This document shows positions 36,841 through 49,029 of a DNA stretch of 64,000 nucleotides, in pieces. The DNA lies in NCBI GenBank assembly GCA_002269645.1, contig NIVC01000095.1:186001-250000 (forward strand). Reading direction: 5' to 3'. The stretch is from Macrostomum lignano. Lineage: Eukaryota. Positions within the stretch are counted from its first letter, which is position 1. Every line of letters starts with the position of its first letter. The position numbers and the translations under genes were made by a program. The notes beneath the pieces were generated by a model that made no database searches, was not told where the DNA came from, and saw nothing but the letters and a program-made list of their open reading frames with translations.

Positions 36841-39800
36841 TCATAGACTAAGCATAATGGCATAAGTTGCTATAGAATAGCTTAAAAGCATAGAATATGG
36901 TATAGTATAATTATAATAATTTTTTGAAAATCTACTTTATCTTGTTTTTTTACAAAAAATATTTTATACCATATTTGTAATATATGTAACTAGGGTTTTC
37001 TTCTGTCTTTATAAATGATTCTATAGCTGTCACCAAGTTGTTACAGGCATGTTTCCTATACACTAGGAAATCTCACAAACTGCCATGAAAGTTGTGCTAT
37101 AGCTCCTATAGTGCTTGTACTTTTATTGATAATTTCCTATATGTATATGTTACTAGTAAAACATGAATTTATCTACTAGTACCAGACTTCGGATGGTATA
37201 CATGTATGCCAGAATTTTCCGGCATATAGAGGGACCTAGATTACACATTGGCATACAACTTGGCGTACAAAGGCGCCTGGCGTGCCCTCTTGGCATACAG
37301 CTTGGCGTATAGAGATTGCCGAGACCAGCAGGTGGGACCAAAAGTTCCAAGTCCCAACAATCAATCTATATAATTAGCATACAAAAATGATTAAGTTTGC
37401 ATTTGGCATAGTTTCCATGTACATAGTTACAGTAGCAAAATTTTGATCAGAAAGAATAGCCAGCCTTTAACAAAAAAAATGTAAAACTAAATTTAAAAAA
37501 CCGGGTTTGACTTTTCCAAAAAAGTATCAGTAAAACAAAAATAGTTAAAATTAACTAGTTTTCTACAGTTTAATAAAAATATTTTCAGTTTTAATGTATA
37601 GGTTGTTTGAATATTGAAATTTTGCAAGCTTTTAATATTAGTTGTAATTTGTAATTTTTATTTTGGTGTATTTTTGTATGCAATAAAAAGTTTGTTGGTG
37701 TACATTTGCATGCATGAGCTACGGAAGCAATTTTTGTTCGGGCGTACAGCGGTACACGATTCTGACCCTGGTACTAGTAGTGTATATATATGTACTATAC
37801 TTCTGGCCTGAATGGTCTTATGGCACTGTGTATTCTATCCTTATACTCCTTTAAGGAATTTTATTCTCAGTCAGTCCTAGGCATTCCCTGGATTAGAGGG
37901 TCACAGCTTACTTGCTAGGTATTTTGCCCTAAGGCAAGTTTCTTAGACTCATTAATCTAGATTACTCTATTCTGTGGTAGAATTTCTGCCTTCTAAGGCA
38001 ACTTCTTAGATTCTGAATCTAGATATATAGTTCTTTTAGAACAGATCTAATTCTCCGAATCTTGGGGCTTTGATGCTTCTAAATAACTAAGTCAGTAAGT
38101 AGTATTGCCCAAGGTTTTGAATGGAACAAGTCTTAAGCACAAAGCAAGTTGATTCCTCTCTTGCTAGCTGCTTGTGTATTTATAGACCTTTTCAGTGTGA
38201 TTTTAAACAAAAAAGTTTATAATATTTTTAATATTTCCATACATGTGCAACAGTCGGCCAAGTCGGCCAATCCGGCTGATTGATTTGACGGCCAACTAGG
38301 TAAGTTGCAAAAATGCCCACCTAAAACCCCAAGTAGTATTTCTAAGTAGCTGATGAGGCATTTTGATTTAATAGGACAGTCATAGTACTCCCGCCATTTA
38401 CCCAAAGTTGTGTTAATTTTGCTTCAGGTTTTTTAGATGTAAGTCACATTTTTGGCCAAAAACTATGTTGCATTTTTGTTAGAACCAAGTCGCATGGCTG
38501 ACCAAATTTTGGAGGTTTGCGCATGTATGAATATTTTTAATATTATATGCATTTAAACAAATTAGCATACTTTCAAATACAATACTTTCTAAAAAACATT
38601 TCTAAAGCACAAGGCCTACCTCATATAATTTAATGCTTATGCCTATAGTGATTTTTTTAAAGCTTTTTTTGTATATTTTTAAAACATAATGTTTGCATAT
38701 ATTTTTAGAAAAATTAAATAAGTAATAATAAATTAATTAAAATTAATTGATTAGGCTAATAGTCATTTATACAAGTGTATTAAAAAATTAGCTAATTGTA
38801 TTTTAAAATAAAAGATTATACCTTAAATTTACTTTAAAAAATCATTTTTAGTTGAAAAAATTGCATTTGGAATTTTTAGAGCAAGGGTATATAGAAGGAT
38901 TGCCAAAAGTCATTTAAAATGCAATGCTAATTTCCAATATATTTGATTAGGCATATTTTTCATTTTTAAACATACAGCTTTCAAATCTATATTTGTTCAA
39001 ATCTGTTCAAATTTATATTTGAAATTTAAAATAAACTTCTATTGTCTTTACTTTTTTTAATAGGTTTTCTTTGTTTTTCTTAGCCAAAAAACAAATTTTT
39101 CTATTTAGTATTATAACTATATTGTCATTACTTTACTCCAAATAGAAAAAATAAATTTAAGACAAAGTTGGCCACTAAAAAAGTAGCAAAAATTTTATTT
39201 TGAGTCCCATTGTGCTTTAAGCACCCTAGAATTGAATTTCTCTTTAAATATTTGTTATAAAAACTATTTTCAAAGTATAAAATAGGCAAAATGCACTAGC
39301 CTACAAAAGTGCTAACAAATACATGTACAAAAAGTTTTGTGACCCCCATTGGATTTTGATTTTTTAAGGTAGGCATAAAAGGTAAAGAGTTTTGTACCTT
39401 CTACCCTACTTTTGCCTTTTTTATGCCTATTTTGTTCCACTTGTGCAGTGCATGTTTACCTGAGTGCTTCTGCAGGGTCAAAAGGTGAATTTAAGGCACA
39501 AAATAATTGATAGGGGCACAGATGTCATAGGGGAATTAGGTGTATTGAAAGTGCACAGTGTGCATTGGAAGCACAAAAGGTGAATAAAGTAGGAATTGGG
39601 GTATTGGTAGAGTGAAAGGTGAACAAAAGTTGTGCCATAGTGGAAGTGCATAAAAGATGTACAGTGGCATCAGAGGCACAAAAGTTGAACAAAAGGTGCA
39701 CAGTGGGTACTGTAGGTGTAGAAGCAATGCAAGGGGCATTCTAACTTGCAAAAGTTCTTCTCTACTTTTCCTCACTAATACAAAACTTTTCACCACTTTT

Positions 39801-40008
39801 TGGAACTTTTCCTTAGTTGTTGAAAGTCATTGGAACTTATCAGTATAGGGAATGTTTACTTTTGTGGTTTGCCAGAATCAGGAAGGGGATAGCAGCAATT
39901 AGTATGAATGTAAATAAAGCTTTTTCTATGTTCAATCTGTGGTTGCAATATATAAGTATGTAGCTGTTAGTTAATTTTTTATTATTAATTCCCATTAGAA
40001 AAGTTATT

Positions 40009-40339
40009 CAACTGCGTAGGCATAAAAGGTGAGCAAGGTGCACAAAAGAGGCATTTTAATGGCCTATTTTGTGCATATTTTGGAAATGCATATATTTACA
40101 CCATACATATACACCTTATGCACCTCTAATGCCCATACTTCCGCAACCAATCAAAGTTGACAATTCCCCCAATGTCTGACCACTTCACTGATTGTGCACT
40201 TTTCATGCCTCTTTTTAAAAATATTGGTGACATTTACGCATAAAAGGTGCGCTCAGGTGCATTTCCAAAACACACCCAAAATAGGCCACTAAATTGTCTC
40301 TTTTGTGCACCTTGCTCACCTTTTATGCCAATGCAGGTG
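40009..40339. mobile_element. ~330-bp MITE-like inverted repeat upstream of the RGS gene
   Basis: ggcataaaaggtgagcaaggtgcacaaaagag...ttttggaaatgca (40019-40090) mirrored at 40258-40329. No TSD found. Confidence 0.65.
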
Positions 40340-40660
40340 CATAACGTTTCCAACAGGACCTCTATTATTTGACCAATTTTAATTAAAAAATGTTAAAACT
40401 AAGTTTTATGTCTAATGTAAATTTTTAAGGGTTCATATGTTTGATAAAAGATTATGTTTTTTGCTATAATTCATTCTCTAAGCTGAAACAAATATTTGCC
40501 TATATTTGTCATCAATAATCTTAGTTTCAGCTATAAAAATTGATAATTTCTACACCTGGTCACCACTAGTGAGTTCCTGCACCAAAAATATATCAGTTTG
40601 ATAACAATAATAATAGTATAGATAGTGACCTGAAAGTGTAAGGCAACTGCTTGTTGCTAA

Positions 40661-43600
40661 ATGCAGCAGCAACAGACTCAGGCTGCCTGCAGCTCCGGCA
40701 GTGCTGGCAGCAGCAGCAGCAGCAGCAGCAGTGCAACATCCACCTCAGTAATGCGACACCACGCCAGACACGCTAAAGCAAAAACAGCACCAGTCACCAC
40801 TGAGGCTGGCCGCCCGCCGCATCCCAACGCTTACCAATGGTCCCGACTAGAGCGACTGTTAGAACGGCTACAACAGGAAGACGCAGGCATCTCTGTGCGC
40901 ACTGTTAAATCCTTTATGTCCTGTCAGCCGTCTTGCTTCACTGGGTCGGAGCTGTGCGGCTGGCTTCTGCGTAACACCGATGCAGAGGATGCTCAGGTTA
41001 GGGCATATCGAGTCTTATTGTCATTATTTTTCTCTAACAATCAATATTTTGAAACTTGCACTTGTCGATATATTGATATCCTCATTTTCTACCCTCTGTC
41101 TTCTGACTCGGCCTTTTTTATTTTGTCTCCGTTCTCCCTCTTAACTCCCCGGCATTCTCTCTCACTCCAAGTCACTTCTTCTCACTCCCTCTCACTCTCG
41201 CTTCCTCTCCCTTCACCACCCTTCCCCTCACTTCCTCTCACTCTCCGTCACTCCCTCTCGCTTCCTCTCACCCCCTCTCGCTTCCTCTCACTCCCTCTCA
41301 CTCTCCGTCACTCCCTCTCGCTTCCTCTCACTCCCTCTCACTCTTGCTTCCTCTCACTCCCTCTCACTCTCCGTCACTCCCTCTCGCTTCCTTTCACTCC
41401 CTCTCGCTTCCTCTCACTCTCTCTCACTCTCGCTTCCTCGCACTCCCTCTCACTCTCGCTTCCTCTCATTCCCTCTCACTCTCGCTTCCTCTCACTCTCT
41501 CACTCTCGCTTCCTCGCACTCCCTCTCACTCTCCGTCACTCCCTCTCGCTTCCTCTCACTCACTCTCGCTTCCTCTCACTCCCTCTCGCTTCCTCTCACT
41601 CCCTCTCACTCTCGCTTCCTCTCACTCTCTCACTCTCGCTTCCTCTCACTCTCGCTTCCTCTCACTCCCTCTCACTCTCGCTTCCTCTCACTCTCTCACT
41701 CTCGCTTCCTCTCACTCTCTCACTCTCGCTTCCTCTCACTCTCGCTTCCTCTCACTCCCTCTCACTCTCGCTTCCTCTCACTCTCTCACTCTCGCTTCCT
41801 CTCACTCTCGCTTCCTCTCACTCTCTCACTCTCGCTTCCTCTCACTTGGAGACAGTAGTAGTAGTGGCAGTAGTAGCAGTAGTAGTAGTATTAGTAGCAG
41901 TAGTAGTAGTGCTAGTAGTGTACTATTAGCAGTAGTACTTGGACTATTAGTAGTAATATTTGTTGTAGTTTTAGTAATATTAGTGTTGGTAGTGCCTTGG
42001 GCTAGGTAGGTAGTGCTACTACCAGTAGCAGCAGTCAATTTGCTAAACACATGCGAGCTACTGGCTAACTAATGACTCTCCGATCCGACCATTACCGCAG
42101 GAGGCCTGTCACGTGGCCAGCATGCTGGCAGCTCACGGTTACATCATCCCAGTCGAAGGCACGGCTCTGGTTGTACGCAACGATTCTTCCTATTATCGAT
42201 TTCAAACGCCCTGTCTGTGGCCCAGTAAATCACCAGATCGGCTGGACAACACTGACTATGCTGTCTACCTGTGCAAGCGAACACTGCTCAATAAGCAGCG
42301 ATTGGAATTGGCCAATTATGAGGCTGAGAATTTGGCCAGGCTGCAGCGCCTACTGTCTCACAAATGGGAGTTTATCTACCTGCAGGCGGAGGCCGAGGCT
42401 AAGGTTGATAGGTAAAGCTGATTTCAACTTTATTTTTGTTACAATGGATCTTTTGGATTGTAGAATTACCAAGCTCTATCATCTTAGTTCCACGTAAATG
42501 AGGCCAAATTATTGGGCCACCGCTACCCTCCCAGACCCAAGGCTCAGCCACCACCCTCCCAGACCCCAGGCTCAGCCACCGCCCTCCCAGACCCAAGGCT
42601 CAGCCACCGCCCTCCCAGACCCCAGGCTCAGCCACCGCCCTCCCAGACCCCAGGCTCAGCCATCGCCCTCCCAGACCCCAGGCTCAGCCATCGCCCTCCC
42701 AGACCCCAGGCTCAGCCACCGCCCTTCCAGGCTTAGCCACCACCATCCCAGACCCCAGGCTCAGCCACCGCCCTCCCAGACCCCAGGCTCAGCCACCACC
42801 ATCCCAGACCCCAGGCTCAGCCACCGCCCTCCCAGACCCCAGGCCCAGCCACCGCCCTCCCAGACCCCAGGCTCAGCCACCGCCCTCCCAGACCCCAGGC
42901 TCAGCCACCGCCCTCCCAGACCCCAGGCTCATCCACCGCCCTCCCAGACCCCAGGCTCATCCACCGCCCTCCCAGACCCCAGGCTCAGCCACCGCCCTCC
43001 CAGACCCCAGGCTCAGCCACCGCCCTCCCAGACCCCAGGCTCAGCCACCGCCCTCCCAGACCCCAGGCTCAGCCACCGCCCTCCCAGACCCCAGGCTCAT
43101 CCACCGCCCTCCCAGACCCCAGGCTCATCCACCGCCCTCCCAGACCCCAGGCTCATCCACCGCCCTCCCAGACCCCAGGCTCAGCCACCGCCCTCCCAGA
43201 CCCCAGGCTCAGCCACCGCCCTCCCAGACCCCAGGCTCAGCCACCGCCCTCCCAGACCCCAGGCTCAGCCACCGCCCTCCCAGACCCCAGGCTCATCCAC
43301 CGCCCTCCCAGACCCCAGGCTCATCCACCGCCCTCCCAGACCCCAGGCTCAGCCACCGCCCTCCCAGACCCCAGGCTCATCCACCGCCCTCCCAGACCCC
43401 AGGCTCAGCCACCGCCCTCCCAGACCCCAGGCTCATCCACCGCCCTCCCAGACCCCAGGCTCATCCACCGCCCTCCCAGACCCCAGGCTCAGCCACCGCC
43501 CTCCCAGACCCCAGGCTCAGCCACCGCCCTCCCAGACCCCAGGCTCAGCCACCGCCCTCCCAGACCCCAGGCTCATCCACCGCCCTCCCAGACCCCAGGC

Positions 43601-44876
43601 TCATCCACCGCCCTCCCAGACCCCAGGCTCATCCACCGCCCTCCCAGACCCCAGGCTCAGCCACCGCCCTCCCAGACCCCAGGCTCAGCCACCGCCCTCC
43701 CAGACCCCAGGCTCAGCCACCGCCCTCCCAGACCCCAGGCTCATCCACCGCCCTCCCAGACCCCAGGCTCATCCACCGCCCTCCCAGACCCCAGGCTCAG
43801 CCACCGCCCTCCCAGACCCCAGGCTCAGCCACCGCCCTCCCAGACCCAGGTGCAGCAGCCACTCAGCTTACATTATCAGTAGTTGCGCCTCCAGCTGCTC
43901 AATATGCAGACATCAGAGGCAAATTCGCACCCAGTTGAGCTCTGATATTGACAGCAGTTCTCACAGTGTCGCATCGGAGTTGGCAGTTTGGGTTGCAAGA
44001 GAGACAGCGGCGCCTCTGCGCTTATCATGGGCCCGCAGTCCGGAACAATGGACCGGCCCGTTAGTCACGCAGCGGACAGCTTTGAAAATAATTTTCTAAT
44101 TCCTAAATACACTGATACATAAAATTGTTCTGTGTATTTACGGGTAGCAGCTGTGCTTTTAGTGCCCTCTGTTCTGCTTACGAGCGGTCTGTAAATTTTT
44201 CAGACACTACAACAGACACTACCAGACACTACCACAGACACTACCAGACACTACCACAGACACTACCACAGGCACTACCAGACACTACCACAGGCACTAC
44301 AACATACACTACCACAGGCACTACAACATACACTACCACAGACACTACAGCAGACACTACCACAGGCACTACAACAGACACTACAACAGACACTACCAGA
44401 CACTACCAGACACTACCACAGACACTACCAGACACTACCACAGACACAACCACAGACACTACAACGGATACTGCAAAAGACACCACCACAGACACGCTAA
44501 TTAATCATTCTATCCGCCACTCTCAACCTGTGCAGGAAGCTGGAACGGCTCGAGCGCATGGTGCTGGAGAGTCAGGAGCGCGGCTTCTGGCTGCTCTACA
44601 GGCCGCCGCCTGGCGCAGTCGTGGCCACGGAGGTCGACATGCGCAAGCTGTGCCGGGCTAAACGGCCAAAGAAGGTGGCCACCAGGCCCGCCACCTTCCC
44701 CATACCGAGCGGCCGGCTCAGTCCCGTGGAGCCGTGTGAGCCAGCCGCGAAGGCTGACAAACTGCGGCAGGCACTGGCTAGGCGGTGAGTTAGTCTCAGG
44801 TGACAGACCGGCTGACAGACAGACACTAAGACAGACAGACAGACAGCCAGACAGACACTAAGACAGACAGACACTA

Positions 44877-44949
<73 letters not shown>

Positions 44950-45793
44950 CACTAAGACAGACAGACAGACACTAAGACACTAAGACAGTGAGGCCCAGTT
45001 CGTATACCAGAAATGAGGCAATTGCGGCACCGATTCCAAACGCCCGCCCCCTCTCAGTCGCGTGAAAGTGTCCAAAGCGGCCGAGAGCGCCATATGCTAC
45101 TATCAGCAGTATGCCGAATTTGACGCATTCATTGGCGGCGGCCTGCCCGACCAGAGCCAGAATCCGTGGGTATCGGACAGCGCCGACTATTGGGAATCTG
45201 AGCGTCGAACCCGGGACGTCCCGGCTAGGCGGGTGAAGCGCTGGGGCTTCAGCATTCACGAGCTGCTGCGCGACCCGGCCGGCCGGCAGGAATTCGAGAA
45301 ATGGCTACTAAAAGAGGTTAGCGCCGAGAATTTGGCCTTCTGGGAGGCCTGCCAACGGTTGCGCCACGCCCCGGCCAGTCAGGTACACAAGGAGGTCAAT
45401 CGGATCTACGACACCTTCCTTGGACCGGACGCTACGGAGCCGGTCAACGTGGCCGGCCCGGTGGCCGAAGCTGTCCGAAAACGGATGTCCAGCGCTACAG
45501 CCGCCTCAGCTGATCGTTACGCATTCGAAGCGGCCGAGGAGCACATATTTCAGCTGATGAAGTCCGACTCCTACGGCAGATTCCTTCGTTCAGACTTCTA
45601 CCGGCAATTGTTAGCAAGTGGTAAGAAAAAATTAAGCAGCAAAAAGCAGCAACGATTGTCTAGTAGCGACGCGGCGACCAACGCCGTTAACGTCAACACG
45701 GCGTCCGCTGCGGCCGCCAGACGATCGAGGGACGCTGGAACTGTCGACGCCGTAACAATTCCCGGGGCCGAAGGGACCGACGCCGCAAATTAA
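40661..45793 (+). CDS. RGS7: R7-family regulator of G-protein signalling (DEP-DHEX-GGL-RGS), RGS6/RGS7/EGL-10-like
   Basis: Exons 40661-40996, 42101-42411, 44536-44784 and 45058-45793 (543 aa, phases consistent). GISVRTVKSFMS..FTGSEL; AAHGY..YRFQTPCLWPS..TDYAVYLCKRTL; ESQERGFW; GGL (VSKAAES..NPWVSDS); RVKRWGFSIHELLRDPAGR..ENLAFW..LMKSDSYGRFLRS. Confidence 0.95.
41150..42030. repeat. CT-rich low-complexity repeat followed by a degenerate (AGT)n tract, RGS intron 1
   Basis: ctctcactctcgcttc-type units to ~41845, then agtagtagc/agtagtagt. Confidence 0.92.
42520..43850. repeat. 28-bp C-rich minisatellite, RGS intron 2
   Basis: About 47 copies of (g/t)ccaccgccctcccagaccccaggctca; explains the 533-aa Pro-rich ORF. 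Confidence 0.97.
44203..44495. repeat. gacactacca(ca) short tandem repeat, RGS intron 2
   Basis: 10-12-bp degenerate units. Confidence 0.9.
44805..44990. repeat. (GACA)n microsatellite, RGS intron 3
   Basis: Tetranucleotide run with gacactaa interruptions. Confidence 0.95.
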
Positions 45794-46049
45794 ACAAAAG
45801 TGCACTCGAGCACTACTTTAAGTAGCTTTTGATTGAGTTGTATTTGTTTCATATTTGATTTTTTAGTCAAAATGATATTCGTCTGTATTGGCTTGAAGAT
45901 ATAGGTAATAATTTTGTTAGTCTACAGACATTTAATTCGCAGAAATTAAAATAAAGAATAGTCAAATGGGATTTATTTATCCCAATTCCTAATTTTTTAC
46001 TCTTTAGCTTATGATTCGAAATGTAAAAAATACCATGGGATCAGAATCC

Positions 46050-46440
46050 TATGACCTCAAGTCGCAGATCCCCAACTCAAAAGTCCCAGATCTCCAACTC
46101 AAATAATCCCAAATCCCCAACTCTAAGAATCCCAGATTTCCAACTCAAAAAGTCCAGATCCCCAACTCAAAAAGTCCAGATCCCCAACCCAAACAGCCCC
46201 AGATCCCCAACTTAAAAAGTCCCAAATCCCCAACTCAAAAAGTCCCAGATCCCCAGCTCAAGAAGTCCATATCCCCAACTCAAAAAGTCCCAGATCCCCA
46301 ACCCAAACAGCCCCAGATCCCCAACTTAAAAAGTCCCAAATCCCCAACTCAAAAAGTCCCAGATCCCCAGCTCAAGAAGTCCATATCCCCAACTCAAAAA
46401 GTCCCAGATCCCCACTTCCAAATCAGATCCCAAAGATTCC
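46050..46440. repeat. ~22-bp minisatellite
   Basis: agatccccaactcaaaaagtcc variants. Confidence 0.88.
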
Positions 46441-46999
46441 AAATCTGGGCAAGTATTCTAAACGAGTCATTAGCACTTTCTTTTTCAAAACTCTAAAGAC
46501 TAAAACTATATCTAAGACTAAATATCGATATATTGGTCGTTAGTTTTACAGCGATAATCTAGATTAACTGTCATAACGTTTCATATTGTGATAAAAGTCT
46601 TTTAAGTACACATCCAATGTACTTATTATGCCCTCCGACGCCCAATGCCCTGTTTTGGTCTATGCAAATCATTATGCTTCTGAGAGTATGTAGTGATTTC
46701 CTAATCGTTTAGTTAGCTAATTGCATGCACTCTATTAATTTGAATTCGTTTCATTTTGCTTGAAGCATGCCATTGTATAATGGCCTAACCTTCAGCCTTT
46801 TGTATTTTGTATACATTTTGTTTAAATAGTCACCTGATACTTGTTTATCTAGTCGATTTTTTCTACTTTTTTTTCAGTTTTTGCAACAAACAACTAAACA
46901 AACACACAGGTCGCATTATTTTTGTATTTAATTATTATTTTGCTCGGGTCGCGTTAAATCCGTTGTGGGAGAGGGGATTAACGAAGCGTAAATTCTGTG

Positions 47000-47552
47000 G
47001 ATTAACCTGTGTGGAAATCCAACGGATTAACCTGTGGAAATCCAGCGGAATAACCTGTGGAAATCCTGCGGATTAACCTGTGTGGAAATCCAGCGGAATA
47101 ACCTGTGGAAATCCAGCGGATTAACCTGTGGAAATCCAGCGGATTAACCTGTGGAAATCCTGCGGATTAACCTGCGGAAATCCTGCGGATTAACCTGTGT
47201 GGAAATCCTGCGGATTAACCTGTGTGGAAATCCTGCGGTCTGCGGATTAACCTGTGTGAAAAATCCAGCGGATTAACCTGTGTGGAAATCCTGCGGTCTG
47301 CGGATTAACCTGTGTGAAAAATCCAGCGGATTAACCTGTGTGGAAATCCTGCGAATTAACCTGTGGAAATCCAGCGGATTAACCTGTGGAAATCCTGCGG
47401 ATTAACCTGTGTGGAAATCCAGCGGATTAACCTGTGGAAATCCTGCGGATTAACCTGTGTGGAAATCCAGCGGATTAACCTGTGGAAATCCAGCGGATTA
47501 ACCTGTGCGGAAATCCAGCGGATTAACCTGTGCGGAAATCCAGCGGATTAAC
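47000..47552. repeat. 21-23-bp minisatellite
   Basis: ggattaacctgt(gt)ggaaatcc(a/t)gc. Confidence 0.92.
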
Positions 47553-48084
47553 CACTTTTCGCTTAATATTTAAACAGATTGAATGTAAAAAGCGTTCATA
47601 AAGTGTCTTCTGCATATTTTCCTGATTATTGAATATCATCATCATCGCTTTAGCATCGGTGTATTTTGAGTTGATTTTATTTCACAAAACAGTTACTCAT
47701 TGCAAGTTGCGAGTATTTTCAACTCCCAGAGCTTTGCGGGGCAAGTTTTATAAATGCAAATTTAGATATATTATATCATTTAAAGCATATCTAATCCACA
47801 TTAACTTCTAGTCTGAATGCATCCAGTTTAGTATTTCTTATAAGTGTTGATATTTATTATATATATATTTATTTATTTAAAGCTAACTTCTTAGTCAATT
47901 GGTCCAAGTCATTTTTAATGTTAGCCTTGTGTTTGCTTTGCTTAAATACCTGAAAATTGTGAATTCACGGATTTCTGCAAATGGATCAGCGCACCCCTTC
48001 CTTTGAAGTCATTTAATAAATGTCACAATTTAAAAGTACACGTATATTTGTCTACTAGTTTTTCTGTTACCTATGATGTAGAGT

Positions 48085-48915
48085 TAGTTGGTCATAGATT
48101 CTAGAATGTGTGTACAGCTAGTTGGTCATAGATTCTGGAATGTGTGTACAGCTAGTTGGTCATAGATTCTGGAATGTGTGTACAGTTATTTGGTCATAGA
48201 TTCTGGAATGTGTGTACAGCTAGTTGGTCATAGGTTCTAGAATGTGTGTACAGCTAGTTGGTCATAGATTCTAGAATGTGTGTACAGTTAGTTGGTCATA
48301 GGTTCTAGAATGTGTGTACAGCTAGTTGGTCATAGATTCAGGAATGTGTGTAGTTGGTCATAGATTAGATTCTAGAATATGTGTACAGTTAGTTGGTCAT
48401 AGGTTCTAGAATGTGTGTACAGCTAGTTGGTCATAGGTTCTAGAATGTGTGTACAGTTAGTTGGTCATAGATTCAGGAATGTGTGTAGTTGGTCATAGAT
48501 TCAGGAATGTGTGTAGTTGGTCATAGATTCAGGAATGTGTGTAGTTGGTCATAGATTAGATTCTAGAATATGTGTACAGTTAGTTGGTCATAGGTTCTAG
48601 AATGTGTGTACAGCTAGTTGGTCATAGGTTCTAGAATGTGTGTACAGCTAGTTGGTCATAGATTCCAGAATGTGTGTACAGCTAGTTGGTCATAGGTTCT
48701 AGAATGTGTGTACAGTTAGTTGATCATAGGTTCTGGAATGTGTACAGTTAGTTGGTCATAGATTCTAGAATGTGTGTACAGCTAGTTGGTCATAGGTTCT
48801 GGAATGTGTGTACATTTAGTTGGTCATAGGTTCTAGAATGTGTGTACATTTAGTTGGTCATAGGTTCTGGAATGTGTGTACAGCTAGTTGGTCATAGATA
48901 TTAGAATGTGTGCAC
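48085..48915. repeat. ~34-bp minisatellite upstream of LIG1
   Basis: tagttggtcatag(a/g)ttctagaatgtgtgtacagc. Confidence 0.93.
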
Positions 48916-49029
48916 ATTTGGTGTAAAAAGTACATTGTTAATGGGAGAAAAAGTGTAAAGTAAAGTAATTGGTGTAAAGTAATTGCTTTATATTATCATG
49001 AAAATCTTAAACGTAACGCGGCACATTTC

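Noticed and set aside
35516-36863. Many K/Q-rich and C/L-rich ORFs of 70-220 aa
   Set aside because: Translations of the foldback repeat arrays.
40661-41929. 422-aa continuous ORF for the RGS N-terminus
   Set aside because: The DEP domain resumes at 42101 after a GT donor at 40997; the rest is read-through into a CT-rich intron.
42498-44099. 533-aa Pro-rich ORF
   Set aside because: Three-unit periodic translation of the 28-bp minisatellite inside RGS intron 2.
48085-48915. 34-bp repeat array (and the 38-bp array at 61010-62225) of CRISPR-repeat length
   Set aside because: Units are directly adjacent with no unique spacers, there are no cas genes, and the context is eukaryotic.
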